Source: Stegostoma tigrinum
Taxonomy: Eukaryota
NCBI RefSeq assembly: GCF_030684315.1
Contig: NC_081370.1
Location: forward strand, 16,260,106-16,324,105
Reading direction: 5' to 3'
Length of the DNA: 64,000 bases
Below the pieces are notes generated by a model. It ran no database searches. It was not told where the DNA came from and saw only the letters and a list, made by a program, of their open reading frames with translations. A program made the translations under genes and the position numbers. Positions 1-11,849 of this stretch are shown here, piece after piece; position 1 is the stretch's first letter; each line of letters opens with the position of its first letter.

Positions 1-513
1 CATAGGCAGTAACTAATGGGATACAATATGGATCAGTGCTAAGTCCCCAAATATTCACATTATATATTAATGATTTATGAGGGAACTAAATGTAATGTTT
101 CCAAGTTTGCAGATGACACAAGGCTATGTAGGAAGGTTAGCTGTGAGGAGGATGCAACAACGCTTCAGTATGATTTGGATAAGTTAACTGAGTAAGGAAA
201 TGCACAGTAAATGAAATATAAAATTTTAACAGGAGTAGGCGGGATGTTCCCAATAATTGGGGAATTTAGAACCAGGGCTCTCAATCTAAGGATATAGGTT
301 GGATTGAGATGAGGAGCGATTTCTTCACCGAAAGAGTGTTGAGTCTGTGGAATTTTCTGTCACTGAGAACAGTTGAGGCCAAAACATTGAATATTTTCAA
401 AAAGGAACTAGATATAGCTCATAGAACTAAACAAGTTAAAGGGTACGTCGAGAAAGTAGAAACAAGATACTGAATTGAATGACCAGCTGATGGCCTACTC
501 CTGCTCCTATTTT
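1..513 (+). mobile_element. CR1-type LINE 3' fragment (degenerate RT C-terminus and 3' tail)
   Basis: ccaagtttgcagatgacaca (SKFADDT, CR1 RT motif) at ~101; FFTERVLSLWN-like block at ~320; CR1 tail tggcctactcctgctcctatt at ~491; many stops. Confidence 0.8.
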
Positions 514-514
514 C

Positions 515-920
515 TATAAGCACTGCTCCAAAAACAGCCTTTCTGAAATAATCCTCCCCATTATCTCCATAAACTTAGTCTCCACAAGCAACTTCTTTGT
601 AAGCCCAATCTCTAGAAACACCCTCTTCAAAATCACGCTCACCATAAATACACTCTCCATAATCACCCTCACCATAAAAACGCTCTCAATAATTGCCCTG
701 TCCATAAGCCCCCTCTCTATAGAGCACCAAATCACAATCATCCTCTCCATAAACACCCATTCTATAAAAACCTTCTCCATTAATAGCCTCTCCAAATACA
801 CTTCCGCTATAGTCACCCTCTCCATAAAACTCCTTTGTAAATCACCCTCAATAAACACCCTCTCTATTAGCGCCTTTTCCATAAACCCATTCTTGATAAA
901 ACCCCTCTCTTAAGAACAGC
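515..920. repeat. Degenerate ~15-bp minisatellite (aaacaccctctccat-like)
   Basis: Recurring ctctccataaa/caccctctcca units; explains the repetitive 514..882 ORF. Confidence 0.8.
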
Positions 921-1214
921 ACTGCACCCACTTTTCACTGTCTTTCATTCCACTGCACAACAACCCCAGTAATTTTTAATCCATTGAAGAATGACGAAGA
1001 AACTGCACAATGAAAAGCACTTATTCAATCTGGGATGCAAACTATGGAAATGATTACCAGCAGTGGGAAGTGTGCGCAGTCAAAATTCAGTTACAGTATT
1101 AGATTTGGTAATTAAACACCAGCAGTGCAATCATGACCAATGAATGAAAGGAGCTGTAGCTTTTCCTGGATAATAGTGCATAAAGGGCAAGAACAAATCA
1201 GCAGCGAGTTTTTC

Positions 1215-1565
1215 CACCCTGCTGGATGTTTATTTTTCCCACCTCAGTGTTTTTATAATATAGGGAAGTGCAACAACCATTTAAAAATAACAAGGTCCCA
1301 CAAACTGCAATGAAATATATAACTAAATAACAGGATTTTAATCATGTTGGCAATGACAGCAGGAGACCTCCTGTGCTTAAAATACTCTCATCCTGTCATG
1401 AGATCTTTAACATTCACCCAACAGATCATTCACGAGCATTGACCTGCCCTGAGCTATCAGATGAACCAAGTGAATCATAGTTATAGTCTAGTCCTCTCAC
1501 TTGTTTATAAATTGCAATTGAATCTATGATTTCCCTAAATATAGTTAAGATGGATAACTGAGGAG
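1215..1565 (-). mobile_element. Old SINE fragment, Deu-domain-like
   Basis: cacaaactgcaatgaaat...catgagatctttaacattcacc resembles the Deu domain as I recall it; heavily diverged. Confidence 0.35.
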
Positions 1566-1959
1566 TTTTAAACTAGAAATTAATTAACCTTGCCTTTTTC
1601 ATATCTAATGTCAGCCTCCATGTCAGAAGATCCAAATTGGATGCAGTGTTCTGACTGATGTATAACCTATCTTATACCAGAACAAAATGATATACTTTAT
1701 TTATTACAACCTGCAGCTGTATTTGCCTTGTGTCCATTTTCTTTGGCATTGATCCTGAAGCTTTAGAGAGTGATGCATTGTAACATCCAGACTGACATTC
1801 CTGTTTTCCTTCCCTTTTGCTTTCTTCACCTTCCTGTCTTCATCTTTCTTCCTTCAATTTTCTTCCTTACTCCCTCCCACCATCCTTTTTTTCCCCAGCT
1901 TCACTCTAGTAGTAGATCTGCCAAGTACATAACTCTACATTCTTCATCATTTATCAACA

Positions 1960-2205
1960 ACTGACAGCACAGAGATTGTGTTACTGCTCTAGAAATACAG
2001 AGGCCTGCATAACTGCTCTGAGTTCAAATCCCAAACAGCTGATGGAGAATTTAAATTCAGTTAATTAAGTAAACATGCAATGAAAACCAGCTATTAGTCA
2101 TGATGACCATACATGTACTGCATTGTCATTCAAACCAGATGGGATCCCCTTTAGGGAAAGAAACTTGGTGTCGTTATGCAACCTCGCCTGAATGTAACTT
2201 CAGAT
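1960..2205 (+). mobile_element. tRNA-derived SINE (degenerate), same family as 46045-46360
   Basis: B-box-like gagttcaaatccc, then tgatgaccat...tttagggaaagaaac blocks that match the reverse complement of 46045-46360. Confidence 0.55.
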
Positions 2206-2249
2206 TACAACAATAAAAATTAAAAGAAAACATAGAAATGTCAAGCAGG

Positions 2250-2830
2250 TGCAGGCAAGTTATGCAGGAGTCTGTACATCTCAGTTTCAAACTACTCATC
2301 AGAGTAAGGAGTAGGTTCAAATGATGATTCCTTAAATAGAGACATGTCCACACTACAACAAGGTTAGCTGAGCAGAGGGAGAGGGAGAAAGTTGAGAATG
2401 AATTAGTAATCAGAAACTCAGTGGTTAAGAGAGCAGGGAACTGTTTTTGCAGCTGCATATGTCTCTTCAGGATTGTATGCTGTCTCTCTGAAGCCAAGAC
2501 CAAGAATGCCACTGAATTCCTGCAGAATAATCTGAGGTGAAGTGTGAACAATGAGAGGTCATGGTCCATATTGGTATCAATAATAGATATAATTAAGTCA
2601 CAGTCCTGTAAGCAGATTTTAGGGACCAGGGCCTCAAAAGTAGTAATCTCTGGGTTACTTCCTGTGCTATACACAATTGAGTGTGCAAGCAGAAGGCTGG
2701 AGCTGCTGAATGTACATTTTCAGAGATAGTGTCAGAGGGAGGGATTTAGATTTCTCAGGCATTTGGACTGGTTTTAGGGATAAGTGGGGCCTATACAAAC
2801 TAAACAGCAGTATAAGTATCACTTGTATGA
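2250..2830 (+). mobile_element. CR1 ORF1 (SGNH esterase-like) relic
   Basis: gtccatattggtatcaataat (VHIGIN) and ORF 2544..2729 TRASKVVISGLLPV, typical of CR1 ORF1; broken frames. Confidence 0.6.
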
Positions 2831-3655
2831 GTTTCTTTACCTTCATTTTAAAAAGTGCAGCAATCCCTTCCACAATTTTGGCTTTAAAACAGTCCTTTTT
2901 CTATTTCAGATCACAATCAAAAAAGCAAAAAATTTATAAGACACAGAATTTACACAATTCAATTCCTTTATTTATGGTCCATTTTTGTCATTTTCAATTA
3001 TTACGTTAATTTTATGGAGCATTTATGATAATGAGTTATAGATGTTTCTTCTTTAACTGCCTCTCCCCGTTTTAGTTCATCATTTTTCCATCAATCTTCT
3101 TGACTTCTCCCTTCTGTCCTCCCTCATCTCTCCATTTTAATTTCAATTTCTTTCTTTCATCTATTCCTTCATTTCTTTATGCTTTATCTCTTATATGCTT
3201 TTATTTCTTTTAGCTTGACTCTGCCTTCCCATTTGACTGTATTCTCCAGCCTGATTTCCACGAGCAGGACTGCTGTGAAAATGAGGTTTGGAAATGGCAG
3301 GTCATTTCCTTCTCCTGACAATTCTTCCTTGTTCTTGCCAAACATTGCTGCTTCAGTGAGTAAATATAGTAACAAGAGTCAAGTCATCTTCCTGGGGCTA
3401 CAGAATGTGAGGAAAACCTCCCATTTTTAACATTAAAATGTGTTTAAACTTTGGCTTAGCTTAATGCAGCCTCTTTATAGATTTTTTTCTGTATCAAGAA
3501 ATAAAGCGTAGATGATTAATCAAGAAGTTAATTGTGGGTGGGAGGGAAATTAAGAGAAGTGGTTGATAGAGAGGTAAACAGCTTGTAGAGAGGCAAGACT
3601 GAGGTAAAGAGGTGTAGATGCTGAGAAAAGACAGCAAAACAGAAAGCAGAGAATA

Positions 3656-3850
3656 AGATAACACAGTGTGGAGTTGGAGAAGCACAATGGGCCAGGCAGC
3701 ATCAGAGGAGCAGGAAAGCTGACATTTTGGGGTCCCGGCCGAAAACATCAGTTTTCTTGTTCCTCTGATGCTGCCTGGCCTGCAGTGTTCCTCCAATTCC
3801 ACACAGTGTTATCTAAGATTCCAGCACCAACAGCTCTTACTAACTCTGAG
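3656..3850 (+). mobile_element. Penelope-like inverted-repeat micro-insertion
   Basis: ~75-bp inverted arms (3656-3730 / ~3740-3814), ~36-nt unpaired 3' tail, TSD gcagagaataag at 3646-3657 and 3851-3862. Confidence 0.8.
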
Positions 3851-5247
3851 GCAGAGAATAAGTATTTGTGACCCTTCCTGAGAGCGCATTGCTTAGAATC
3901 AGGGAAACCTGATGAAATGATCAACTTTTTATTTATGACTGAAAATAAAAGATCTCCCTTTGAAAATGGTGTCAGCCTTAGGTAGCACCAGGATTCAATT
4001 GTCCACTGGATACCTGATTTTTAATGCATGGTTGCTGTCCTTCCTACAATTAAAGTTTAGCTAAAGGTCTATTTAAAAAACTGTAACAACTAGCCTAGAA
4101 CAGAATAGACGTTTGCTCCTGATTTGTTTTTCTCCCTTGAAAAGTGTGTCTTTATTATGGTTGAGTTGTATAGCTCCTTCCCTTTGGTAGCCATCATGTT
4201 CAATGCCCAACCTTCCACTTTTCATGTCTGTGCTTAGGGAGTTTTGACAGGTTATTAAACCATTGGAGATCATCACAACCATGCTTTATTCTCTTCTCTC
4301 TTATTGCTCACTCTGCATCAGAAATAATTAGATACTGAGCATTGGATATACCCTGGATGATTGTCTCCCAAGTTATGACACAGACAGCCAAAACAAATCA
4401 GCTTCCCTGTACCCACAACACAGTAAAAGTAAAATACTCAATGACCCTCAAAATTGTCTCCAATGTTTCCTAATCAAACTTTTTGAATAACCAGTACCAG
4501 AATTTGTGAATAATTGAAACCAGACATCGGGTTTATAGCTCAAACAAAAGACTTAGCAATTTATTAGCAATTTAACAGTGAAGTTAACAAGGTAACCTAA
4601 TTAATGTCCAAAATTTAAACCCAAACTTCTTTCATTCTAGCCTCACGCTCTCACAAAAACAGACAAACTGATGCTGTTAAAGGATAAATTCAATGTAAAT
4701 AAAATCGAGAAGTAACTGGCCAGATCACCTGAGCAGTCTCCATTTGGCTCATGGGATTGTATCTTACTTGATTTCTGACATTGATGAAAACAAATATCTT
4801 CCAGTAGTCTCTAAAGAATATTGATTTAATTCTCATAACTGAGATTCTAAACTTTCAATAGGTTGATAATGAGAGGACAACCAAAGAGCAATCAAATTTC
4901 CACCCCGTAACTTTCACAGCCTCAAGCTGCACTGCTGTTTACAGTCCAAGTGTTATCTCCAGCTTCCAGCTCACAGTTTACAGTGATAGCTCCAAATGGA
5001 ACATGAATTTTTAAAAACTGAAAAGTCAGTGCTTATTCTAACAACTTCCTTAGACAAGGACTGCTGGGACTACACATAATGCCTCTGTTGCTGTGTTGGC
5101 CAAGGGGTTAGCTAACAACATGTACTCAAGTATCAAAGCTGGTATCTCTCAAGTCTTTATTTGGTATTTTGTCAGCAGAGCCCTCCCCATGAGACAATTA
5201 CAATTACAATTAAACATTATTTCATTCAGTTTTAACACCTCCAGAAT

Positions 5248-5495
5248 AACATAAGAAATGTTGACAAGAGACTATGATTCAATGAACTGTTCTCAATGTG
5301 AGCACAGTTGAACTTAAGCTTCAACTCCACTTTGTCACCTGGTCCCTATATCCCTACATTTCCTGACAGGTCTGACTATCTCAGTCTAAAATATATTTAA
5401 GTATGGGGCATCCACAAAACCACATACTACAGAATTCAAAAGATGCACAGCCTTTGAATGAAGAAATTTCTCTTTACCTCAGCTTTAGATAATTA
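5248..5495 (-). mobile_element. CR1 3' fragment (degenerate)
   Basis: cataagaaat tail and agaattcaaaagatgcacagcctttgaatgaagaaatttc (antisense of the CR1 FFxQRxVxLWN block). Confidence 0.55.
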
Positions 5496-5499
5496 GGTT

Positions 5500-6215
5500 G
5501 ATAACATGTGGGGTTGGAGGAACACAGCAGGTCAGGCAGCATCAGAGGAGCAAGAAAATCAACATTTCAGGTCTGAACCCTTCACCAGGACTGGGGAGTG
5601 GGAAGGGAGCTCATAAATAAATGGGGGGGGTTGCGGTGGCTGGGGCTGGGGGAATGTAGGTGAAGTGGTGCTAAGTAAATGCAGATAGGGTGTTGTGGAG
5701 ATTGGTCAATGGGAAGGGTGGAGCGGATAGGTGTAAAGGAAGATGGACAGGTTGTGTCAGGTCAAGGAGGTGGGTTGAGGGGGAAGGTTGGACATGGGAT
5801 GAAGCCAGGGTTGGGGAGATTTTGAAGCTAGCGAATTCTACTTTGAGGCCATCGGGCTGTCGGCTCCCAAAGTGGAATATGAGGTGCTGTTCCTCCAGTT
5901 TGCGTGTGGTCTCATTGTGATACTGGAGGAGGCCCAGGATGGACATATCTTCAAGGGAGGGGGAGTTAAAATGGTTGGTAACCGTAATGTGGTCTTAATT
6001 GGAGGGTACAGATGTTTTGCGAGTCAGTCACTGGGTCTGCGCTTGGTCTCTCCGATGTAGAGGAGACCACAATCGGGAGAAATGGATGCAGTAGACAAGG
6101 TGAGAAGACATACAGGTGAATCCCTGTTGGATATGGAATTATTGTTTGAGGTCTTGGATGGGGGTCAAAGAGGAGTTGTAGGGGAACGTGTAGCAGTTGC
6201 AGGGAAGGGTGCTTG
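5500..6215 (-). mobile_element. Penelope-like element fragment (GIY-YIG C-terminus + pLTR)
   Basis: ORF 5671..5946 SILGLLQYHNETTRKLEEQHLIFHFGSRQPDGLKVEF is homologous to the 40442..40912 endonuclease; pLTR at 5500-5590. Confidence 0.85.
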
Positions 6216-6404
6216 CTGTGTCTGCGTGCTATCTTTCTTTGTTTTTACAGAAGTACACTTAAGTCTCTCAGAACATCAACATTTACAACTTCTACACTTA
6301 TTTAAAACTATGTTCTGTTCTGTCTTTGCAACTAAACAAATCTCACATTTCATCTCATTATACTCCATCTGCCAGCTTGTTTGTCACTCAGTTAACATAA
6401 TAAC

Positions 6405-7870
6405 CTAATACAGCATAGAAAAAGGCCCTTTGACCAAATAAGCCCGCATCGATTCCTAGTCCTTATTTGGACCTATTACCTATTGGCCACACATGGTTTC
6501 TAACCCTCTGTTCGCACACCCCACCCCCAATTCATGTGTCAATCAAGATAAGTTTTAAATGTTGTCAATGTGCCTACTTCAACCATTTCAACTGGCAGTG
6601 TGTTCCAGGCCCCCACCATCACAATGTAAAAAGTTTTCCCGACACTTCTCCCCTACCCCTCTCACCCTGAACCTGTGCTCTCTTGTAGTTGACCTTTCCA
6701 CCATGGGAAAAAGCCTCTGACTATCCACCCTACCTATTCCTCTCATAACTTTGTAAACCTCTATCAGGTCACCACTCTGCCTGGGTCTCTCCAGTGAAAA
6801 CAATTCACATGTATCCAACCTCTCCTCATACCTGAAACTCTCTAAGCCAGGCAACATCCTAGTAAACCTTCTCTGTACCCTCTTCAAGGCATGCACGTCC
6901 TTCTGGTAGTGTGGCAATCAGAACTGCATGCAATATTCCAAATGTGATCTAAGTAAAGTTTTGTACAGCTGTAACATAAGTTACCAACTTTTACATTCAT
7001 TGCCCTGGCTGATGAAAGCAAACATACTGTATGCCTTCTTGACCACCTTATCCACCTGTGTTGCCAATTTCAGGATCTGTGGATCTGCACACCCAGATCC
7101 CTCTGTATGTCAATGTTCCTCAGGATTCTGTGATTTATCGCATAATTCACACTTGAATTTGATCTTCCAAAACCTCACGTTTGTTGAGATGAGACTCAGC
7201 CTGCCATATCTATACCCAAATCTCCAATTTATCTATATCCTGTTGTATCCTTTACAATCCTCACTATTTTCAACTTTACCAATTTTGTCATCCACAAACT
7301 AATCAGACCACCTACATTTTCCTCCAGATCATTCATTTATATTGCAAACAGCAATAGCCCCAGCATTGATCCCTGTGAAACACCACTAGTTATTAAACTC
7401 CATTCCGAACAGCAACCTTTCACCACCACTGTCTGTCTTCTATGACTAAGCTATTTTTGTATCTATCTATCCAGATCACCTTGGATCCCATGAGACTCTG
7501 CCTTCTATACCAGTTTTCCATGAGGACTTTATCAAATGTCTTACTAAAGTCCATGTAGATAACATCCTCATCAGGCATTTTTGTCCCTTGTCAAGAAAAC
7601 TCAAATCAAATTCATGAAATATGACCTTCTTTGCATAAACCTATGCTGCTTATCACTAACATTCGCTTTCAAATGTGAACAAATTCTGTCTTTCAGTATC
7701 TTCTCCAACAGTTTCCCCACCACTGACTTCAGTTTCACATGATTCTCGGTTTCCCTTCTTAAACAAAGGAACGAAATTGGCCAATCTCCAGTCTTCTGGA
7801 ACTTCATCTGAGGTCAAAGAGAAAGCAAAGATGTCTATTAAACATGCCTATAATCTCTTTGCAGCCTTTC
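6405..7870 (-). mobile_element. CR1/HER1-type LINE, 5'-truncated, degenerate RT
   Basis: ORF 6588..6917 PHYQKDVHALKRVQRRFTRMLPGL...GDLIEVYKVMRG; ORF 7601..7807 SVVGKLLEKILKDRI. Confidence 0.9.
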
Positions 7871-7944
7871 TATCTCCTCCTCACTGCTTGCATTTGCACC
7901 CAGCTTTGCATCATCAACAAACCTAGATACATTACTTACTGTCT

Positions 7945-8290
7945 TTGTTTTATCTAAGCCATTATCGCAGGATGTAAATAGCTCAGGCCCCCGTACTGAT
8001 CCTTACAGTACCTCACTAGTCAAAAACTGCCAACTTGTCACGTACCAGTAATCCCTGCATTCTGCTTCCTGTCTGTCATCTAACCATCTTTCTATTCTGA
8101 TATACAACCACCAACTTCATGAGTCCTTACTATGCATCAACCTTTTGTGTAAAATCTGGTTGGATGCTTTTTAGAAATCCAACTATTCCAGATCTATTGG
8201 TTCCCCTTTATCTTCCTTACCGGTTACATCCACAAAAAGAACTCCAATAAATTTGTAAAACAGGACTTCTCTTTCAATTCATGCTGAATT
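7945..8290 (-). mobile_element. CR1 RT relic
   Basis: Antisense of VYLDFxKAxN (tgctttttagaaatccaact) and GSVRGL-like motifs. Confidence 0.55.
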
Positions 8291-8482
8291 TGTTATGACT
8301 ACGTAAGGAGAGGCGAATTGGCTCCCTCTTTTCTATGTTCTCGGTTCATTTTGACAAAGATTTCATGGTTGTTTTCATGTAGCTATACTTCACTCCCAAT
8401 GAAATGCATTGAATGAGTTCACTAAAATCAAAAAGGTGCCAATTCCAAGGTTCTCTTGAGTGAAATTCAGGGCAAGTTTATT

Positions 8483-9172
8483 AAAAGCAAAATACTGTGA
8501 ATGCAGGAAATCTGAAATAAAAACGAAATGCTGGAGAAACTTAGCAGATCTGGCAGCATTGGTGGAGAGAATCAGAGTTTTACAGCACAAAAACAGTCCC
8601 ATTGGTCCAACTCATCCATACCAACCAGGTATCTTAAATTAATCTAGCCCCATTTGCCAGTATTTGGCCCCATCCCTTTAACACCTTCCTATTCATGAAT
8701 CCACTCACAAACCTTTTAAATGATATAATTTACCTGCCTCCACCATTTCCTCTGGCAGTTCATTCCGTACACACACCAACCTCTGGGTGAAAATATTGCT
8801 TTTTAGGTATCTTAAATCTTTCCTCTCCTACCTTAAACCTGTGCCCTTTAGCTTTGCACTCCCCTACCCTGGGGAATAGACCTTGGCTATTCACCCTATC
8901 CATGCCACTCTTGACTTTTTAAAACTCTACCAGCTCACCCCTCAGCTTCTGATGGTTCAGGGAAAATAGCCCCAGCCTATTCAGCCTCTCCCTATAGCTC
9001 AAACCCCCTAACCATGGCAACATCCTCGTAAATCTTTTCTGAAAATTTAAAATATGTCTTGATATGACTGTTCTGAAGAAGTTATAATGGATTTGAAATG
9101 CTAACTCTGCTTTTGTCTCCATAGATGCTGCCAGACCCACTGAATTTCTCCAGCATTTTCAGTTTTTATTCG
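8483..9172. mobile_element. Old Penelope-like inverted pLTR pair interrupted by a minus-strand CR1 3' fragment (~8572-9045)
   Basis: Arm 8483-8575 (aatgctggagaaacttagcagatctggcagcat) and inverted arm 9050-9172 (atgctgccagacccactgaatttctccagcatt); between them ORF 8919..9140 QKRFTRMLPWLGGLSYRERLNRLGLFSL. Confidence 0.75.
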
Positions 9173-9664
9173 GGCTATTTCATTGATTGCTGGAGAAGAA
9201 TAATAAAGATGTGAATGTCATATCAAGCACATGTATACAAACATAAGTACAATTAAAAAGGGAAAAGCATCCAATACAAAAAGGTTGGCAAAAAAAATGT
9301 AATTTAAAGTCATTAGGTTGTTCTTGGGAGTGTTAGATTTTATGTGACACCATGATGGGTTAGCAACATCCTAAGTCAAAGACAGCCATGAATATTGCAG
9401 GTATATTTGGTATTTGGATATTCCTGTAATTCATTTTGTCTCAGGCTTCTGTTCTTCCTGAGCGAACACAAAGTAAGAGAGACCTTTCTCCAGTTCCAGT
9501 GCCAAAGCTATTTTCCTAGCCTTGCTAAAGCAGTTGCTTAACCACATCGTACATTTGTTATCTCCAAACTGGACAGTTGCAAGTGATGTACTTTTATCTC
9601 CAACATACAAAATTTTCATAAAGCTATGAAACAAACAAAAGATATAAGTTTCTTCAACACACAA

Positions 9665-10310
9665 TCAAAAACAAAAATTGCTGGAAAAAGCTCAGCAGGT
9701 CTGGCAGCATCTGTGGGGAGAACTATGAGTTAATGTTTCGACTTGATTGACCCTTCCTCAGAAGTGATAGTTGCTGGGAGAATTCAGTTTATATGCAGAA
9801 GATAGAGTTGGGGGAGGGACTAAGGAGTAAGTGATAGGTGGGGATTCAGTCCAAAGAAAGAAAACAGTTGGACAGACAAAGGAGTCGGTAACGATCTGGA
9901 TAGGAGGCTGAATGGCTATTAATGTGTTACTGGCTAACAATGTAATAGCAGACTATGTGATAACAAGGCCTGGTGTGTGGGTATTGGGGCAAGGGCATGA
10001 GAGAGCTCAAGTCTTAAAGTTATTGAACTCAATATTGAGTCCAGAAGGCTACAGGGTCCCCAAGCAGAAAATAAGGTGCTGTTCTTCCAACTTGTGCTGA
10101 GCTTCACTGGAACACTGCAGCCAGCCTGAGACAGAGATGTTGGCCAGGGAACAGGGTGGTGTGTTAAAGTGGCCAGTAGCTGGAAGCTCAGGGTCTTTTT
10201 TTGCAGGCAGAATGTAGATGTTCTGTGAAGTGGTCACCCAGTCTACGCTTTGTTTCCCCCGTGTAGAGAAGACCACATTGAGCAGCGAATGCAGTAGGCT
10301 AGATTCTTCA
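9665..10310 (-). mobile_element. Penelope-like element fragment (GIY-YIG)
   Basis: ORF 10049..10276 PELPATGHFNTPPCSLANISVSG...HKLEEQHLIFCLGTL; pLTR-like end at 9665-9760. Confidence 0.85.
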
Positions 10311-10609
10311 AGTTTCTTTAGGTTTCTTCAAGCCTGACTAGCCTCTTTCACTAAAGATGTTAATTTCAGTTCAGACTGGTTCTTGTTTGTTGATGGTTTT
10401 GCAAAGCTTGCCTCAACCTGTGGTTATGTAATTATTGCAGTCCTTTTAAAGTCAGTGTTTCATTCTTTTTGAAACCATTTAATTCTACATGTCCCAAACA
10501 GATGATTGGGAAGTCGAAAATCAATATTTTATCAAAGTGATTACAACTTGTTCCAAACTGACTAAACATTTTTTAGTTCATATTTGGACTTCCCTAATGA
10601 TATATTCGA

Positions 10610-11345
10610 GCACTGTAGCAAAAACTGATGCCAGGTTAACTGACTTGAATGTCACTGTTTTCTAACTGTCTTTTTTTCTTAAAAGGGATTTACATTGGAA
10701 GTTAGCAATCTGCTAGGGCTGTTCCAAAATCTAACATTTTGGAAGGAGATTGCCATCACAAACATAATTTCTGCACCTATCTCTAGAATCCTAGGATGTA
10801 GGCCATCAGCTCCTGAGGGTTTGTCAGATTTTAATCGCTTGAGTTTCACCAGTACTTTTTGGTGCTGATATTATCTTAATTTCCTCAATTTTTTAACCTC
10901 CAAGCTTATATGCTGTTTCTCATATGTACCTTGTGTCCTCTACTATGAAAATAGAAACAAAGGATTTGCTCAATATTTGTGCCATTTCCTCATTCCCACC
11001 ATGATTTCTTCTGTCTCTGCTTCTGTAAGGGTTAATGTTTATTTTAGTCACTTTCTTCATTTTCATGTATTTACAATTGCTCTTTCAATCTACTTTTTTT
11101 AAACCGTCATTCAACTTTTTTCTCTTTTTAAAAAGAAAATCAACATTTTGGAGGCCCTTTTTTATTTTGAAAACATTGCCAAATAGAATCCTTAAACTTA
11201 CTATTTGTTGCAACATGATAAGCTTATCTTTTAATCTAATATCATTTATCACCCCCTCAGTCACGCACAGATAGACCTTACTTGCTGAATTTTGTTTGAA
11301 ATAAAATATGTTTTTGTTAATCCTTTTGAATCTCACTGTTCATGT
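10610..11345 (-). mobile_element. Highly degenerate CR1 ORF2 fragment
   Basis: Antisense LKSDKPSGADGLHPRIL-like stretch at ~10790-10840 and RxVTFKSVN-like block at ~10640. Confidence 0.5.
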
Positions 11346-11574
11346 ACCGCCACATGTTTTGGTTTATTTACCGGATCCAACCTTATCTAAATCTATCCTC
11401 TTACCTAGGTAATTAGCATTGCTTAAATTTAAAGATTTTTTTTGTTTGTTTTGGCTGGAATGTGTCATTTTCAAATTTACTGCAGAATTCAGTTGCATTA
11501 TGATTTCTATTTCCCAGTGGATCTTTTATTTTGACATAAATATAAAAAATCCGCTGCCTCACTGCATAATACAA

Positions 11575-11752
11575 GATTTGATTTGATTTATTGTTGTCAC
11601 ATGTACAGAAATACAGTAAAAAGTGTGGTTTTGCATGCTCTACAGACATATCATACCATGCAAAGCGCATCAGGAGCGGAACAGACTGCAGAAGACGTTG
11701 TTACAGCCACAGAGTGCAGAGACACAGATCAGAATTAACATTTGAGAGGCCC
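11575..11752 (-). mobile_element. Rex1/Babar-type LINE 3' tail
   Basis: gatttgatttgatttattgttgtcacatgtac is the reverse complement of the tail ending the 42020-42460 copy. Confidence 0.6.
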
Positions 11753-11846
11753 TAGCGAGTTTTGAGAAGATTTGTAGCTCAGGTTGAGGCTCTGGATGTA
11801 AGTTTGCGCACTTAACTAGCAGGTTGATTTTCAGACATTTTATCAC
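11753..11846 (-). mobile_element. Penelope-like pLTR fragment (separate family)
   Basis: agcgagttttgagaagatttgtagctcaggttgagg...ttttcagacattttatcac; minus strand begins gtgataaaatgtc, a decayed GAAACGTC-type motif. Confidence 0.55.
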
Positions 11847-11849
11847 TTT

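Noticed and set aside
514-882. 122-aa ORF with ERVFME repeats
   Set aside because: Translation of a 15-bp minisatellite; no splice or domain support.
4455-5245. Possible solo LTR (similar AT-rich stretches at ~38150-38500 and ~42800-43560)
   Set aside because: LTR-like impression only; no TSD, paired LTR or gag/pol motif that I could verify.
9431-9664. 77-aa minus ORF with an acceptor-like site
   Set aside because: No recognisable homology; length expected by chance.
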